Shown here in pieces: positions 22,260 to 35,465 of a DNA stretch of 35,527 nucleotides. The notes below the pieces were generated by a model. That model searched no databases. It was not told the DNA's origin and saw nothing but the letters and a program-made list of their open reading frames with translations. The stretch comes from Jimgerdemannia flammicorona. Lineage: Eukaryota. The stretch spans positions 1 through 35,527 of the forward strand of contig RBNJ01000250.1 of the NCBI GenBank assembly GCA_003990765.1, given 5' to 3'. Both the position numbers and the translations under genes were made by a program. The stretch's first letter is position 1, and every line of letters begins with the position of its first letter.

Positions 22260-24283
22260 ATGGCAACTGACAGGCAACCTGAGGTGCATACTGGGCAGGG
22301 TGGCCCAAGTACTTTCGACTGGCAGCAGGTGGGGAGGGGTCCAGGCCTGGAGGGGGTATGAGGGGCCTGCTGGCAGGTGGATGTGGAAGGGGTGGAGGAG
22401 GTGATAGAGAATCAGGTTCTGGGAGGACAAGCTTCATAGAGATGGTGAAGGGGAGACAGCAGGTGTCAGGGCTAGAGGGCTGGCTGAGGAAGGGCAAGGA
22501 GACCAAGAAGGTGACAGTGCAGGGGGGAGCGGCCCTTGGAAGGGGGGGCAGTAGAGCTGGAGAAGTAGTGGCTGGGGGGGGTGTGACTGCTGATGGTGAT
22601 GGGACTGTCAATCTGGAAAAAAATCCAGATATGATGGCTGGTGGCGAGGCTGAGCAGCTGAGGCTTAGAAGACAAGGGGACTTAGCGGATAGTGTAATGG
22701 GTCTGGCGGTGGCCCCATTACTCAAAAAATCGATCTCAGTATTTGCAGTCACACTGTGCTTCCGGGGCCTGGCAGTGATGGTGAAAATAGTACTGGGGCT
22801 CATCGCTAAGCAGGTGGCAGGAGCTACGTCAGTGAAGTTTTTGAAGGGACTGGAAGGAGTGGAGGTGGGTTTTGAGGAGGCAGTACCACTGGAGGAGGCA
22901 CTGAAGGTTGGATTGGTGGTTAGAGAGGTGTGTATTCTAATAGTGCAGTGCTTGAAGTGGGACCCCAGGGTGGTCCAACTGCTGGTGAAAGGAGTGCCAA
23001 TAGTGATAGCGATGGAGACAAGAAAGAGAGTTGAGGATTTCATAGCAGAATATGGAGAGGTGGTGGATATTGGGTTCAGGGTCTGGGAAGGGACCTCACT
23101 CAGGACTGGTGATGTGGATGTAAGAATTCAGCTGGCTGGGAAAGAAGCCACTGGGAAGGCAAGGGACTGGTCTTTGGCGATGGTCTGGAGAGCGATCCTG
23201 TGTAAGGTGACAAGGGTGAAGGGAAGTGAGGAGGAGGAGAAGGATTTATTGGAAGCACTAGAAGAGCTGGGTGGTGCTGTAGAGAGGCAAGCAAAGGCTT
23301 GGGAGGCTTTTGTAGAGTCGACACACTTGGAGGTGGTGGATGGAAAGTGGATTTGAGTGACCAAGGAGCAGTGGGAAAGGGCTCAGGGGCATAAGAGACA
23401 GAAAGAACTACTGGCCAAGCTGGATAGCAGACCACTGGGAGAGGCGAGTAAGGTGAAGGGCACAGGGGGAGCCAAAGTGAGTGTCTGGGCTAGCGAGGGG
23501 GAGGGGAAGGACAAGAAGGAGGCGGGAGAGAACAAGGAGAAGGCTAGGAAGGACCCATATGCTGATGGTACACTGGAGGTTTGGGAGGAGGACTGAGAGG
23601 GTTCTCCTACCCCTACCCCTCTCATCAGGCATGGCCTGGCTTCCCAGAACAGGGTGGTAGAAGATGTGCCAATGCAAGGGGCCCAGAGGGTGCAATTCGG
23701 AGTTCCGGAGGTAGTATATGGGGGACAGGTGGTGGCGGCTGGTGAGGAGGAACTGGTAGATGTCCTGGAGGTATGAGATGAGTCTGCAAGTGCTGGAGCT
23801 AACACCACAATGTTGGATGGAGGGAGGCCAGTGACTCTGGGGGAGAAAGAGGTGGGGAACTTGCTTTGGATATACCAGATGATGAATAACCTGATGGCAG
23901 AAGAGTTGGGAGAGGTGGACTTGCAAGTGATGAGTGATGAACATTGGGCAGGGATACTGCAGGGGGATGGCATAATGAAGGCATTGAAGGTGGAAATTCT
24001 TGTGGTGTACCTGGAGGAGGAAGGGTATGAGGTGGATAAGGAGAGGGAGATAGAGATAGTGGTTGTTGCTAGAGAGAGGGCTGAATACTGCTGGAACAAG
24101 CATCATGGACTACAGCTCTGACAGGAGGCGTACATCGAATACTGAGAGGAGTTCGAGGAGAAGGCAGATGGAGAGATGAATGAACTGCTGGCTGGATTGG
24201 AGGCTCAGAGGGCAGAAGAGGAGGAGGTGGCTGCGGAACATAATCTGGACATGGCACAGGAGGAGATGAGCATAGAGCAGTAG
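22260..24283 (+). pseudogene. LINE C ORF1 (~675 aa; Gly/Arg-rich N-terminus, RRM-like core, acidic helical C-terminus)
   Basis: MATDRQPEV...RGLLAGGCGRGGGG; VQLLVKGVP...IAEYGEVVDIGFRVWEGTSLRTGDVDVRIQL. One frameshift near 22350 and a few TGA stops. Homologous in all four LINEs. Confidence 0.85.
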
Positions 24284-24316
24284 AGACTGATTGATGACAT
24301 AACATATTTCATCATT

Positions 24317-27300
24317 ATGAACAGTACAACCAACATTTTCTCTTTAAATGTGAATGGGTTACAGGGTGCTTCTTGACATAGGAACATTTTTACTTAGATG
24401 AAGGAATTGGAGGCCAATCTCTTCCTCTTGCAGGATGTCCGGTGCGAAGATGACTCTGATAGGATAGAATAGACAAAGGAATGGGGAGGTGTGGCAATTT
24501 GGAAGGGCAAGGTTGGGATTTTGATTAGGAAAGGCAGAGGGGAGATACAGAATGTGAGGAGCTGGGGGGAGAGACTGGTCTGGGGAGAGTGAATTTGGGC
24601 AGGCTGGGAGCCAGTTATGGTTGGCTCCTGCTACTGCTCTGCAGTACAGGGTGAGAGAGTAGATTGGATGAAAGGCTTACAGGAGAGTGGATTACTTGCA
24701 GAGGCTGGGGTGGATATGCTTGGGGGAGATTTCAATATGGTTCGGAATATACTGTTGGATAGAACAGATAGAGGATGAGGTGCTGAGAGCAGGAGTGGAG
24801 AACTGGTGGCATAGGAGGAAGTAGAAAGACTAAGTGCACTAGTAGATGCTGGAAGGGAGTGCTGGGGGAATAGGAGGGTTTATACATATTGGGCAGGGGG
24901 TCTGGGGGCTAGAATCAACTGGATTTTGAAAGCCAGCTGCTGGGGTCTAGATGTTTGGAAGTCACTGGAGGTGGAATGGTGTCTATGGTCAGATCACTGG
25001 GGGCTTTTGGGACAGGGGTGCTTTGGGGGAAGTGGGGATGGGCCTGGACATTGGTACCTCAATTTCTCTTTGTTAGATGACAAGACTCAGTGGGATGAGT
25101 GGGCAAAAGACATTCAGCTGAGGGTGGAGAACTGGAGGCAGGAAGGGGCCTCAGTTGGGACTCAGTGGATGAGGATGAAGGAAATGGCCAGGATTTACTG
25201 GAAGGAGGCTGGCAAGGAGGCAGGGAAGCAGTGAAAGCAAAGAGTATGTTGGGCCTCCACTAGATTGATGAGGCTCCTGGAGGAGTGGGTGAGGCTGATG
25301 ATATTGGAGGGAGAAGAAGATTGGAGATTAATGAGGGCGAAAATGGAGGTTGGGGAACTTCAACAGGTGCTGCAGGAGGAGGAAGAGGCAAGGGTACAGA
25401 GGTCTTCACTGGCAGGATCTGGAGGAAGGAGAGAGGCCTTCCAAGCTTCTTACAAGGGCCCTTAGGGTGAGGCAGGTACAGCAATGGTGGGAAGGGGTAT
25501 TGGACTCCAATGGTGTACTGGTGCATGGTATACAGGACATTCTTAGATCACTGAAGGAGAGATGGAGTAGATTGTAGAGTGAGGAGGAGGGTGGGGCAGA
25601 TGCCGCTACAATTGAATGAACATTGGAGGATTGGCACCCACCACAAGTCGAAGGGCTAGGGGACCTGGTGATATCTGTACAGGAGGATGAGATCCACCAG
25701 GTTCTTGCCATGACAATGCCAGATACGGCACCTGGGGAGGATGGTCTGCCCTGGGACTTTTGGAAGCAATGGTTGGAGTCCCAGGGGTAATGGGAGAGAT
25801 GACAGCATTGTGTGACCTTATTCTACAGACAGGGAGATGGGTGGGAGAGCAGGACCTTGGGCTGGTGACACTGCTTTACAAAAACAAAGGAAGGCGGGAA
25901 GATTGGAAGAACTGGCGGCCAATAATGTTGCTAGATATGGACAGAAAGTTGGTAACTAAGGTGGTGGTGACAAGACTACAGAAGGTGGCCCAGTAAGTCA
26001 TGGGTGTTGAGCAGAGGGGATTTGTGGGTAGTTGGCTCATCAGAGATGGCACTACCTAGGTATATGGCATTATCAAAGGGGTGAGGGCCTGTAGACTAGA
26101 TGGGCATCTAGTCTTCTTGGACCAGGAGAAGGTATATGACTGGGTGTGAAGAGTCTGACTGGCGAAAGTTTTGGATAGAATAGGAGTTCCGCATCAATTC
26201 CAGTCAGCAATGGTCAGCCTACTGGAAGGGAGTAGGGCTGCACTCATGCGTAATGGACATAGAGGGGTAGCATTCCCCTTGGGTAGAGGGGTGCCCCAGG
26301 GGGACCCATTGTCCCCCATTTTGTATGCTCTTTCTCTGGAACCCCTTATGGATAGAATTAGGCAGAGGATAGCAGGGCTCTCTGTCTTTGGCATAGAATG
26401 GAAAGTTGGGGCCTTTGCTGATAACATAGTGGTGGGTTTGGGTTCGATTGCTGATGTTGAGGAGCTCAAGAAGACTGTGGAGTGGTATGAGGAGTACTCT
26501 GGAGCTAAGCTGAATTGGCATAAGTATGAAATGATGGTGCTAGGCAATAGCCTGGTGGGAGGGGAAGTTATAGGAATAATCATCCCCACTGGTGAAGCAG
26601 TGCAATACTTAGGTATCTACTTGTCAGTCTATGGGTCAGTTCTGCCTAGGCTTTGGTGAGAGCAGAGGATTGGAATCTGGGAGGAGGCCCTGTAGAGTTG
26701 GGGGGGAAGACATTTTTCTCTGGCAGAGCAGATCTTGATTTTGAATGTCTACTGGCTGCCAAAGTTGTAGTACCTGGCATATAATCTAGACTTCCCGGCC
26801 TGGGTGGTGAAGAGATTGATGAAGTCAGTGAAGGGATGAATTTGGGCTGACAGGCAGAGTCAGATTAGTTGGGAGACCTTGTCCCTACCAGTGGCAAGAG
26901 GCGGTCTTGGGCTGGTTGACTTTCCAAAACAGTTACACTGCTTGAGAGCATGGTGGCTGAAGAGGGCAGTGGAGTTGAGAGGAGGTGGATGGGTTCCTCT
27001 GCTACAGAAGATCTGGGAGAGGCAGGCATCGCCAAGGGGCTCAACTGGCGATCTCCTCTCCTTGGTTGGACTTCAGAACACTGGACAACTATGATATAAA
27101 GGATTTTGGTGGGGGATTGCAGATGGGGTGCACCACATTAGTATTTGTTGGCAGGGAAATGAAGGAGAGGAGGATTGGGACTCAGCAATATGGAGATAGG
27201 ATTGTATACTGCTGGGTGGCACTCCTTTAATTGAGTTTGACATTAGTGATGGAATAGAATACCAAAGGGGACCAGGCCAGGATCTGTGGCCTAGCAGTTG

Positions 27301-27961
27301 GCAAGGAGTTGGAATTGGCAAAGAGTGGAACTGGCATGGTGTTTGGACCTGGAGTGCTGCAGTGAGAACATGGCTGCTACCAAAGTACTGGGTGGTCTGG
27401 TGGCACATGCTGCAGAGGAATGTTATGCTCAACTTTTGCTCGGGGCACCTTATCATAGGGGATTGCTTCAACTGTGAGGAGTGTCATAATATAGAACAGG
27501 AGGGGGGTTATGTACAGACACCAGAACATTGGCTAGAAGAGTGTGAGGCGTTGGGGGATTTTTGGTGGACAATTGGAGATCACTTGGGGGTATAGGGTAG
27601 GGGTGATGAAGTATGGGGGAGGTGGGAGGACTTGAGGGATAGATTGGTAGGGGGGATAGGGAAGGAGTGGCTTACTTTGGGTTGGACTTTGGCTATTTGG
27701 GTGGGGCTGGCCAGTCATTGGCTATTTGTTTTTGAGGATGGGAGAAGACAGAGCTTGGGAGACCAGTTGCTGTAGTGGCATAGGCTTATGGAAGACACCT
27801 TAACAGGCTGGTAGCTGGGTTGGGGGATGTGGGGTGGTCGGAGGCACCACTTAGTGGAGAAAATCTGTGGGCAAAGTGGGGGGAGAGTTGGGGTAGTTGG
27901 TGAAAGGGTGATTTTTATTCATAAGGAGGTAGGGAGGGGCCCCCCTGTGGGGATTGGGTAG
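24317..27961 (+). pseudogene. LINE C ORF2: APE endonuclease + reverse transcriptase + C-terminal Cys/His motif
   Basis: FSLNVNGL, FLLQD, LGGDFN, RINWI, SDHW, GPGHWYLN.SLL, KNWRPIMLLDMDRKL, QRGFV, LDQEK, RGVPQGDPLSP, AFADN (AFADD in copy D), QYLGI, LPVARGGLGL, CEEC...EHWLEEC. Confidence 0.95.
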
Positions 27962-28028
27962 TGGGTAGGAATGATGTATATTTATTCATAGACTGGTAAT
28001 AAAGGTGGAGTCCAAGTGACTATAAAAG

Positions 28029-28061
<33 letters not shown>

Positions 28062-29749
28062 GTAGTAGTGGGTAGAGTAGTGGTTCCTATAGCAAGATAT
28101 ATGTACTGAGACCCCCAAGTGGTACAGTTGATGGTGTTGGATTTTTCTATGGTATCAAGGGCAAGGACCAGGGAGCTAATTGTGGAGGTGGTCAAGAAGT
28201 ATGGGGAGATCATAGATATTGAGTTCTGAGTCTGAGAGGATACTGATCTCCAGATGGAAGATGTTGACATCAGGGTGAGGCTGGCTGAAAAGGAGAATAT
28301 GGGAAAGATGAGGGACTGACTGGTGACTCTTAACTGGGGACTAGTTGAATGTAAGATTTCACAGGTAAAAGGGATACCAGAGGAAGAGGAGGACTTGCTG
28401 GAGGCTCTTGAGGATCTGGCAGGAGCAGTAGAGAGGAGAAGACTAGCTTGGAAGAAGTATGAAGCCAAGACAGTGGTGGAGATTGTGGATAGAAAGAGGA
28501 TCAGGATGGACAAGAGGGCCTGGGAGAAGGTGCAGGGGAGGTAAATCCAGAAAGAGCTGTTGGAGAAGCTGGGAGAGGGTGGAGCAGGCAGTAGTACAGG
28601 AGAGAGTAGTGCTGGACTAATGGGCTAGAGAGTACAGGATAGCTCAGGATGAGGCCCAGGGTAGATCAAGTGAGGAGGGACTGGGTGGCATAGTGGAGAA
28701 TACAGAAATGGATGAGAAAGTATACCCTCAGTATGGTGTTTCAGGCAGAGCAGGGGGTGAGGAAGAACTACTGAATGTACTGAAGGAGGAGTGGGATGAG
28801 TTAGGGAGGAGGGGTGTATTGGTGGACCCTGTGGTGGGGGTTGATGGGGTCACTTGGGGTGTTGCTGAGGTGGTAGATAAAGAGAGAAAGTGGCAGCTAA
28901 GGAGCTGGGGGGTAAGGACTTTCAGATACTAAGTGATAGACATTGGGAGGAAATTCTCCATGATAAAGAGGTGCTGAGGAAGATTAGGAATGAGATCTTG
29001 GCAGTGCTCTTAGAGTCAGTGGAATATCAAGTTGATGATCAGAGAGAGGGGGCTCTCTGAGAGATTGCAAATAACTGAGCAGAGTACTTGTAGGGTTCAA
29101 GAAAGGTGTTGAGAAGTAGAGAGTAGTATGTACAGATTATTGGGCAGAAATGAAAGTTGTGGATGGGGTAGAGTATCAGGAAATCTTAGAAGCACTGAAT
29201 GCTCAGACTGTAGTAAAGGATGAGTTGGAGGTGGAATGGCACTTGAAACTAGCTGGTGATGAGATAAGTATGGAATATTAGACTGGACTCTCAATATCAA
29301 ACATTATTCAATATGAACAGTACAACTAAAATATTTTCTTTAAATATGAATGGGTTGTGGGTATAGTATGGTGAAGGAATATCTTTAGCTAGCTGAAAAG
29401 GCTGGATGCAGATCTTTTCTTACTGCAGAATATACTATATGAGATAGATATGGATTTACAGGACTGGACTAGAGAATGGAGTGAAGCAGCTGTGTGGACT
29501 GGGTGGGTGGGTATTCTGGTTAGAAAGGAGATGGGGGACATTGGGAATATTGAATATTGGGGGAGTAGGTTGGTGTAGAGAGTATGAAAGAGGCCTGAGT
29601 GGAACCCTTTGACTGTTGGGTCATGTTATTGCTTAGCTGAGAGGGGGGAATATATAGATTAGATTACATTCTTTCTCCAGTAACATTCAGGTTACACAAC
29701 CTTTTGGCAACACTTTTGATATAGTTTCTGGAGATAAGCTACTAGTATA

Positions 29750-31782
29750 ATGGTAACCAATGAGCATCCTGAGGTGTGTTCTGGGCAGGGTGGCCCTGGA
29801 GCATTTGAATGGCAGCAAGTGAGGAGAGGCCCAGGCTTGGGGGGAAGTATAAGGGGCCTGCTGGCAGGAGGACATGGTGGAGGAGGGGGCAGAGTTGGAG
29901 GTCAAGGGTCTGGTAGAGTGAACTTTGCAGAGAAGGTGAAGGGGGGGCAGCAGGGAGCTGGACTGGAGAGCTGACTGAGGGGGGGGAAGATACCAGTGAG
30001 GGCTGCAAGGCAGCAGCCTCATGGGGGTGCCTCTCTGGAGGGCCATAGGGGTGGAGCTGGGGGAGTAGCAGCTGAGGCGGGGACTGCTGATGGGGGTGTA
30101 ACAGGTGATCTGAAAAAAAATCTAGATGGGACTGCTGATGGTGGGCCGAGTGGTAGGAAGGGCACAAGGCCCAGGGACCTAGCAGATGGTGTAATGGGAC
30201 TGGCAGTGGCCCCATTACTCAAGAAGTCGATCTTGGAATTTACTATCACAATATGCTTCTGAGGCTTAGTAGTGATGGCAAAAATGGTTCTGGGGCTGAT
30301 TGCAAAGCAGATGAGTAGTGCAGTATCTGTTAAGTTCCTGAAAGGCCTAGAAGGGATGGAGGTGGGATTTGAGGAGACTGGACTACTGGAGGAGGCTTTG
30401 AAGGCTGAGATGAGAGTGGGTGAGGTGTGCATCCCAATGGTGAGATGCCTGAGGTGGGACCTGAGAGTGGTGCAACTTCTGGTAAAAGAAGTTCCCACTG
30501 TTACTGCTGTAGAGATAAGGAAGAGAGTCGAGGAGATCATAGCAGAGTATAGAGAGGTGGTCAATATTGGGTTCAGAGTATGGGAAGGAACCTCCCTCCA
30601 GACTGGAGATGTTGACGTCAGAATTTGGTTGGCAGGGAGGGAGGCTACTGGAAAGGCTCGGAACTGGCCCTCAGTGATGATATGGGGGGCTTTCTTATGC
30701 AAGGTGATTAGAGTAAAGGGGAGTGAGGAGGAGGAGGAGGAGGATTTGTTGAAAGCACTGGAGGAGTTGAGTAGGGCAGTGGAGAGGAGGGCAAAGGCAT
30801 GGAAGGCATTCAAGGAGTCAATGCATCTTGAGGTGGTTGGAGGGAAGTGAGTCTGCATCAATAAGGAGGTATGGGAGAGGTCCCAAGGGTGCAGAAGACA
30901 GAGGGAGTTGTTGGAGAAAATGGGGGCAGAGGTGAAGAGGAAGGTGGAAGGTAGTGCAACCACTGGAGGTGCTGAGATAAGTGTCTGGGCTGCTGGTAGT
31001 AGAGGAAATGAGGAGGGGGGTCTGGAGGAGGCCAAGAAGGCACTGAGCAAGAGCCTATATGAGGATGGCACATTTGAGGTTTGGGAGGAAACCTGGGAGG
31101 ATTCATCTTCACCCTTCCCCCTTATCAGAAGGGGACCAGCAGTGAGAGGTAGAGTAGTGGAAGATATACTGATGTGTGGTGCTCAGCGGTGTACTTTGGA
31201 GTCCCTAATGTGGAGAAGGGGGAATTGGTAGAGGCAACTGGAGAAGAGGAATTGGTGGATGTCTCAGAGGAGGGATGAAATGAGTCAGCAAGTGTTGGGG
31301 CTGATACTACAATATTGGATGGAGGGAGACCAGCGATCCCTGGAGGGAAGGAGATGGGGAATTTGCTCTGGATGTGCCAGATGATGAACTTGGCAGTAGA
31401 AGAGCTGGGGGAAGTTAATCTCTGAGTGATGAGTGATGAGCATTGGACGAGGATCCTGTGGGGAGAGAGAGTGGTAGCAGCATTGAAGGCAGAAATTCTG
31501 GCAGTATACTTGGAGGAGGAGGGGTATGAGGTGGATCTGGAGAGAGAGGCTACTCTGACAGTTGTAGCAGATGAGCGGACTGCTCACTGTTAGACTAAGC
31601 AGCATAGACTGCAGCTCTGGCAAGAGGCTTGCTTGGAGTACTGTGAGGATTTTGAGGAAAAGGAGGATAGAGAGATAGCTAAGATCCTAGCTGAATTGGA
31701 GGCTAAGAGGGCTGAGGAGGCAGAAGCTGTTACAGAGCACAACCTAGATAGGGCACAGGAGGAAGTGAACATGGAGCAGTAG
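29750..31782 (+). pseudogene. LINE D ORF1
   Basis: MVTNEHPEV...; colinear with LINE C ORF1, ending MEQ*. Confidence 0.85.
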
Positions 31783-31813
31783 TGGACTCATTTGAAACTA
31801 TATAATCTTTCCT

Positions 31814-34800
31814 ATGAATAGTATAATCAATATTTTTTCTTTGAACATAAATGGGCTATGTGGGTCTTTTCGATACTGGAACATTTTTACTTAGCTAAAG
31901 GGATTGGAGGCTGATCTCTTTCTTTTATAGGATGTCAGATGTGAGAATGACTTAGAAGGGCTAGAATGGATGAAGGAATGGGGTGGTGAGGCAGTTTGGA
32001 TGGGAAAGGTTGGGATTCTGATTCAGAGAGACAGAGGGAAGATCCAGGATGTGAGGAACTGGGGTGACAGGCTGGTTTGAGGAGAATGAATATGAGCAGG
32101 CTGGGAGCCAATCATGGTGGATTCTTGCTACTGCCCTGCTGTAAGGATTGAGCATATAGATTGGGTAAAAGGCCTCCGAGAGAGTGGGGTCCTAGCAGAG
32201 GTGGGCATAGACTTGCTTGGTGGAGACTTTAATATGGTCAGAGATGCATTAGTAGATAGGACTGATAGAGGGTGAGGGGCTGAGGGTAGGAGTGGAGGGT
32301 TGGAGGCATAAGAGGAGGTGGAAAGGTTGAGTGCTCTGATGGATGCTGGTAGGGGGATTTGGGGAGACAGGAGGGTATATACACATTGAAAGGGAGGCCT
32401 GGGGACAAGAATTGATTGGATTTTGATGGCAAGTAGCTGGGGCCTCAATGTGTGGAAGTCACTGGAGGTTGAGTGGTATCCATGGTCAGATCATTGGAGT
32501 GTATCAGGGCAGGGATATTTTGGGGGGAGTGGGGATAGGCCTGGACATTGGCACCTCAATTCCTCTTTGCTAGCTGATAAGATACTGTGGGATAAGTGGG
32601 CAGTAGACATTAGACAGAAGTTAGAAGGCTGGATACAAGAGGGTACCCCAGTCAGTACCAGGTGGTTGAGGTTGAAAGATACTGCCAGGGTCTACTGGAG
32701 CAAGACTGGCAAAGTGGCTAGAAGACAGAGGAGAAGAAAGGGGAGATGGGCTTCTGCTAGACTGGCTAGGCTTTTGGAGGATTGGGCTGATCTGGTGGTA
32801 TGAGAGGGGGGGGAGGACTGGAGAGTTAGACAGATGAAAATGAAAATTAGGGAGCTACAACAGGTATTGTGGGATGAGGAGGAGGCACAAGTGCAGGGCC
32901 TGATGGCAAGGCTATGATGGCAGGGGCAGGAGGAAGGAGAAAGGCCTTCGAAGTATCTCACGAGAGCCCTTCAGGCAAGAAGGGTGAAGCAGAGATGAGA
33001 GGGAGTAGAGGCATCTGATGGTTTGCTAGTACATGGTATACAGGACATTCTTGGAGTATTGAAGGAGTGCTGGAGTGGACTTTGGAGTGAGGAGGAGGAT
33101 GGGGCAGATGATGCCACCATTAATCGTGCTCTGAAGGACTGGCACCCACTACAGGTAGAAGGACTGAGTATCTTGGTGTTGCCAGTTCAGGAGGAGGAGG
33201 TCCACCAGGTACTGGCCATGACCACTTTGGGCATAGTACCAGGGGAGGATAGTCTGCCCTGGGACTTCTGGAAGAAGATGGTGGGAGTTCCTGGAATACT
33301 GGGAGAGTTGATGGTATTGTGTGATCTGATACTATAGTCTGAGAAATGGGTGGGGGAACAGGACCTTGGACTGGTGACATTGATTTTTAAGAACAAAGGG
33401 AGGAGTGAGGACTGGAAGAACTAGAGGCTGATTATGCTGCTGGATATGGACAGAAAGCTGGTCACTAAGGTGGTGGTTGCTAGATTGCAGAGCATGGCTC
33501 AGCAGGTCCTGGGTGAGGAGCAGCATGGCTTTGTAGGAGGTCAGCTTATTAGGGATAGCATAGCTTGGGTGCATAGAGTTATTGAGGGGGCACAGGCATG
33601 TGGACTGGATGGTTGACTGGTCTTCCTGGATCAGAAAAAGACATATGACCATATTCAATGAGCCTGGTTAGTGAAGGTACTGGACAGAATCAGTGTATAT
33701 CCTCAGTTCAGGAAAGTGATGATCAGTCTACTGGAAAGGAGTAGGGCTGCCCTTATTTGCAATGGACACAGAGGGGTGGCTTTTCCCCTGGGCAGGGGAG
33801 TACCTCAAGGTGACCCTCTATCCCCCATTTTGTATGCTCTATCCTTGGAGCCATTGATGGATAGAATTCGAAGGAAAATAGTTGGACTTTCCATCTATAG
33901 TATTGGGTGGAAAGTTGGTACCTTTGCAGATGATATGGTGGTTTGGGATTGATTGCAGATGTTGTGGAGCTTAAGAAGACAGTAGAATGGTATAAGGTCC
34001 ACTCTGGGGCTCAGCTCAATTGGCACAAGTGTGAGACAATGATATTAGGTAATAGACTAGTGGGAGGAGATGTCATTGGAACAATTGTCCCAGTGGGGGA
34101 GGCAGTATGGTACCTGGGTATATATTTGTCAGTCTATGGGTCAGTCCTTCTGAGAACCTGGTGGGAGCAGCAAATCGCAATCTGGGGGGAAGCTCTGTGG
34201 AGTTGGAGTGGCTATCACCTATCATTGATGGGGTGAGTCTCAATTCTGAACACTTACTGGCTTCTGAAGTTGTGGTATTTGGTATATCACCTGGACTTTC
34301 CAGCCTGGGTGGTGAAGAGGTTGACGAAACTGGCCAAGAGGTGGATCTGGGCTGGGAAATGAAGTCAGATCAGTTGGGAAGTTCTGTCTTTACCAGTGGT
34401 CAGAGGGGGCCTGGGGCTGGTTGACTTCCCAAAGTGGCTATTCTGCTTACATGCATGGTGGCTGAAGAGAGTGGTGGAATTGCATAGGGGTAGCTGGGTT
34501 CCCCTGATGCAGAAGGTCTAGGAGATAAAGTCATCACCAAGAGGCTCTACAGGAGATCTACTGTCCTTGGTCGGACTTCGAGACATTGGAAGAATATGAT
34601 TCAAAGACTTCTGGTGAGGGGTGGTAGATGGTGCTCACTATATTGGAGTTTGTTGGTGAGAGAATGAGGGTGAGGAGCCATGAGACCTGGCCATATGGAG
34701 ATGGGATCGAGTACTGCTGGGGGGTGTCCCCCTTATAGACTTTGATATCAGCGATGGAGTGGAGTGCCAGAGGGGACCAGGCCAGGATCTTTGGCCCAGC

Positions 34801-35465
34801 AGCTAGCAACTAGTAGGTATTGGTGAGGAGTGGGACTGGAGTAGCATTTGGACATAGAGTGATAGTGTGCGATGTTAGATACTACCAAAGTATTGGGTGG
34901 TATGGTGGCAAATACTAAGAAGAAATGTTATACTCAACTTCCAATCAGAGCACCTTGTCAAAGGAGGGAACTTTGACTGTGAGGAGTGCCACAATGTAGG
35001 GCAGAAGGGGAGATATGTACAGATGCCTAAACATTGGCTGGGGAATGTGAGGTGCTGGGTGACTTTTAGTTAGCAGTTGGTAAGTGACTTGGTATAGCAC
35101 ATAGGGGAGATGGTGAGTGGGGTTGGTGGGAGGATTTGAGGGATAGATTGGTAGGGGGGGTGGGTAATGAGTGGCTTACCCTGGGGTGGGTTTTGGCAGT
35201 TTAAGTGGGGTTGGCCAGTCACTGGCTATTTGTTTTCAAATATGGGAGGAGTTTGGGTTTGGGGACATGGGTCTTGCAGTGGCAGGGGTTGATAGAGAAT
35301 ATTATAACAGGCTGGTGACATAGCTGGAGTCCACAGAGTGGTCGGAGGTGTCAATTGGTGGAGAAAATTTGCCAGAGGAGCAGGAGGAGAATGAGAGTAG
35401 TGGATGGGAGAGTAGTACTTATACAAGAGGGTGTAGGGGGGAACCCCCCAGTGGGAATTGAGTAG
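31814..35465 (+). pseudogene. LINE D ORF2 (APE-RT)
   Basis: Same motif series as LINE C, including GTFADD; many stops and frameshifts. Confidence 0.92.

Larger units (their letters stand above)
22169..28058 (+). mobile_element. LINE C, full-length (~5.9 kb) L1/Tx1-clade element with TSD and poly(A)
   Basis: 5' UTR from 22177, ORF1, ORF2, AATAAA at 27998-28003, poly(A) to 28058, TSD on both sides. Confidence 0.97.
21408..29665 (+). mobile_element. LINE B, 5'-complete; pieces 21408-22168 and 28075-29665, interrupted by LINE C (in ORF1) and LINE D (in the endonuclease)
   Basis: ORF1 ATG at 21490. ORF1 reads ..EAVEKGVVVG|RVVVPIAR.. across the C insertion and stops at 29281. ORF2 ATG at 29313 (MNSTTKIFSLNMNGL). 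Confidence 0.9.

Noticed and set aside
22252..24106. Long antisense ORFs in the LINEs (e.g. 263 aa, 238 aa, and 350 aa at 30019-31071)
   Set aside because: Ser/Pro/Leu-rich shadows of a G-rich sense strand, with boundaries not conserved between copies C and D.
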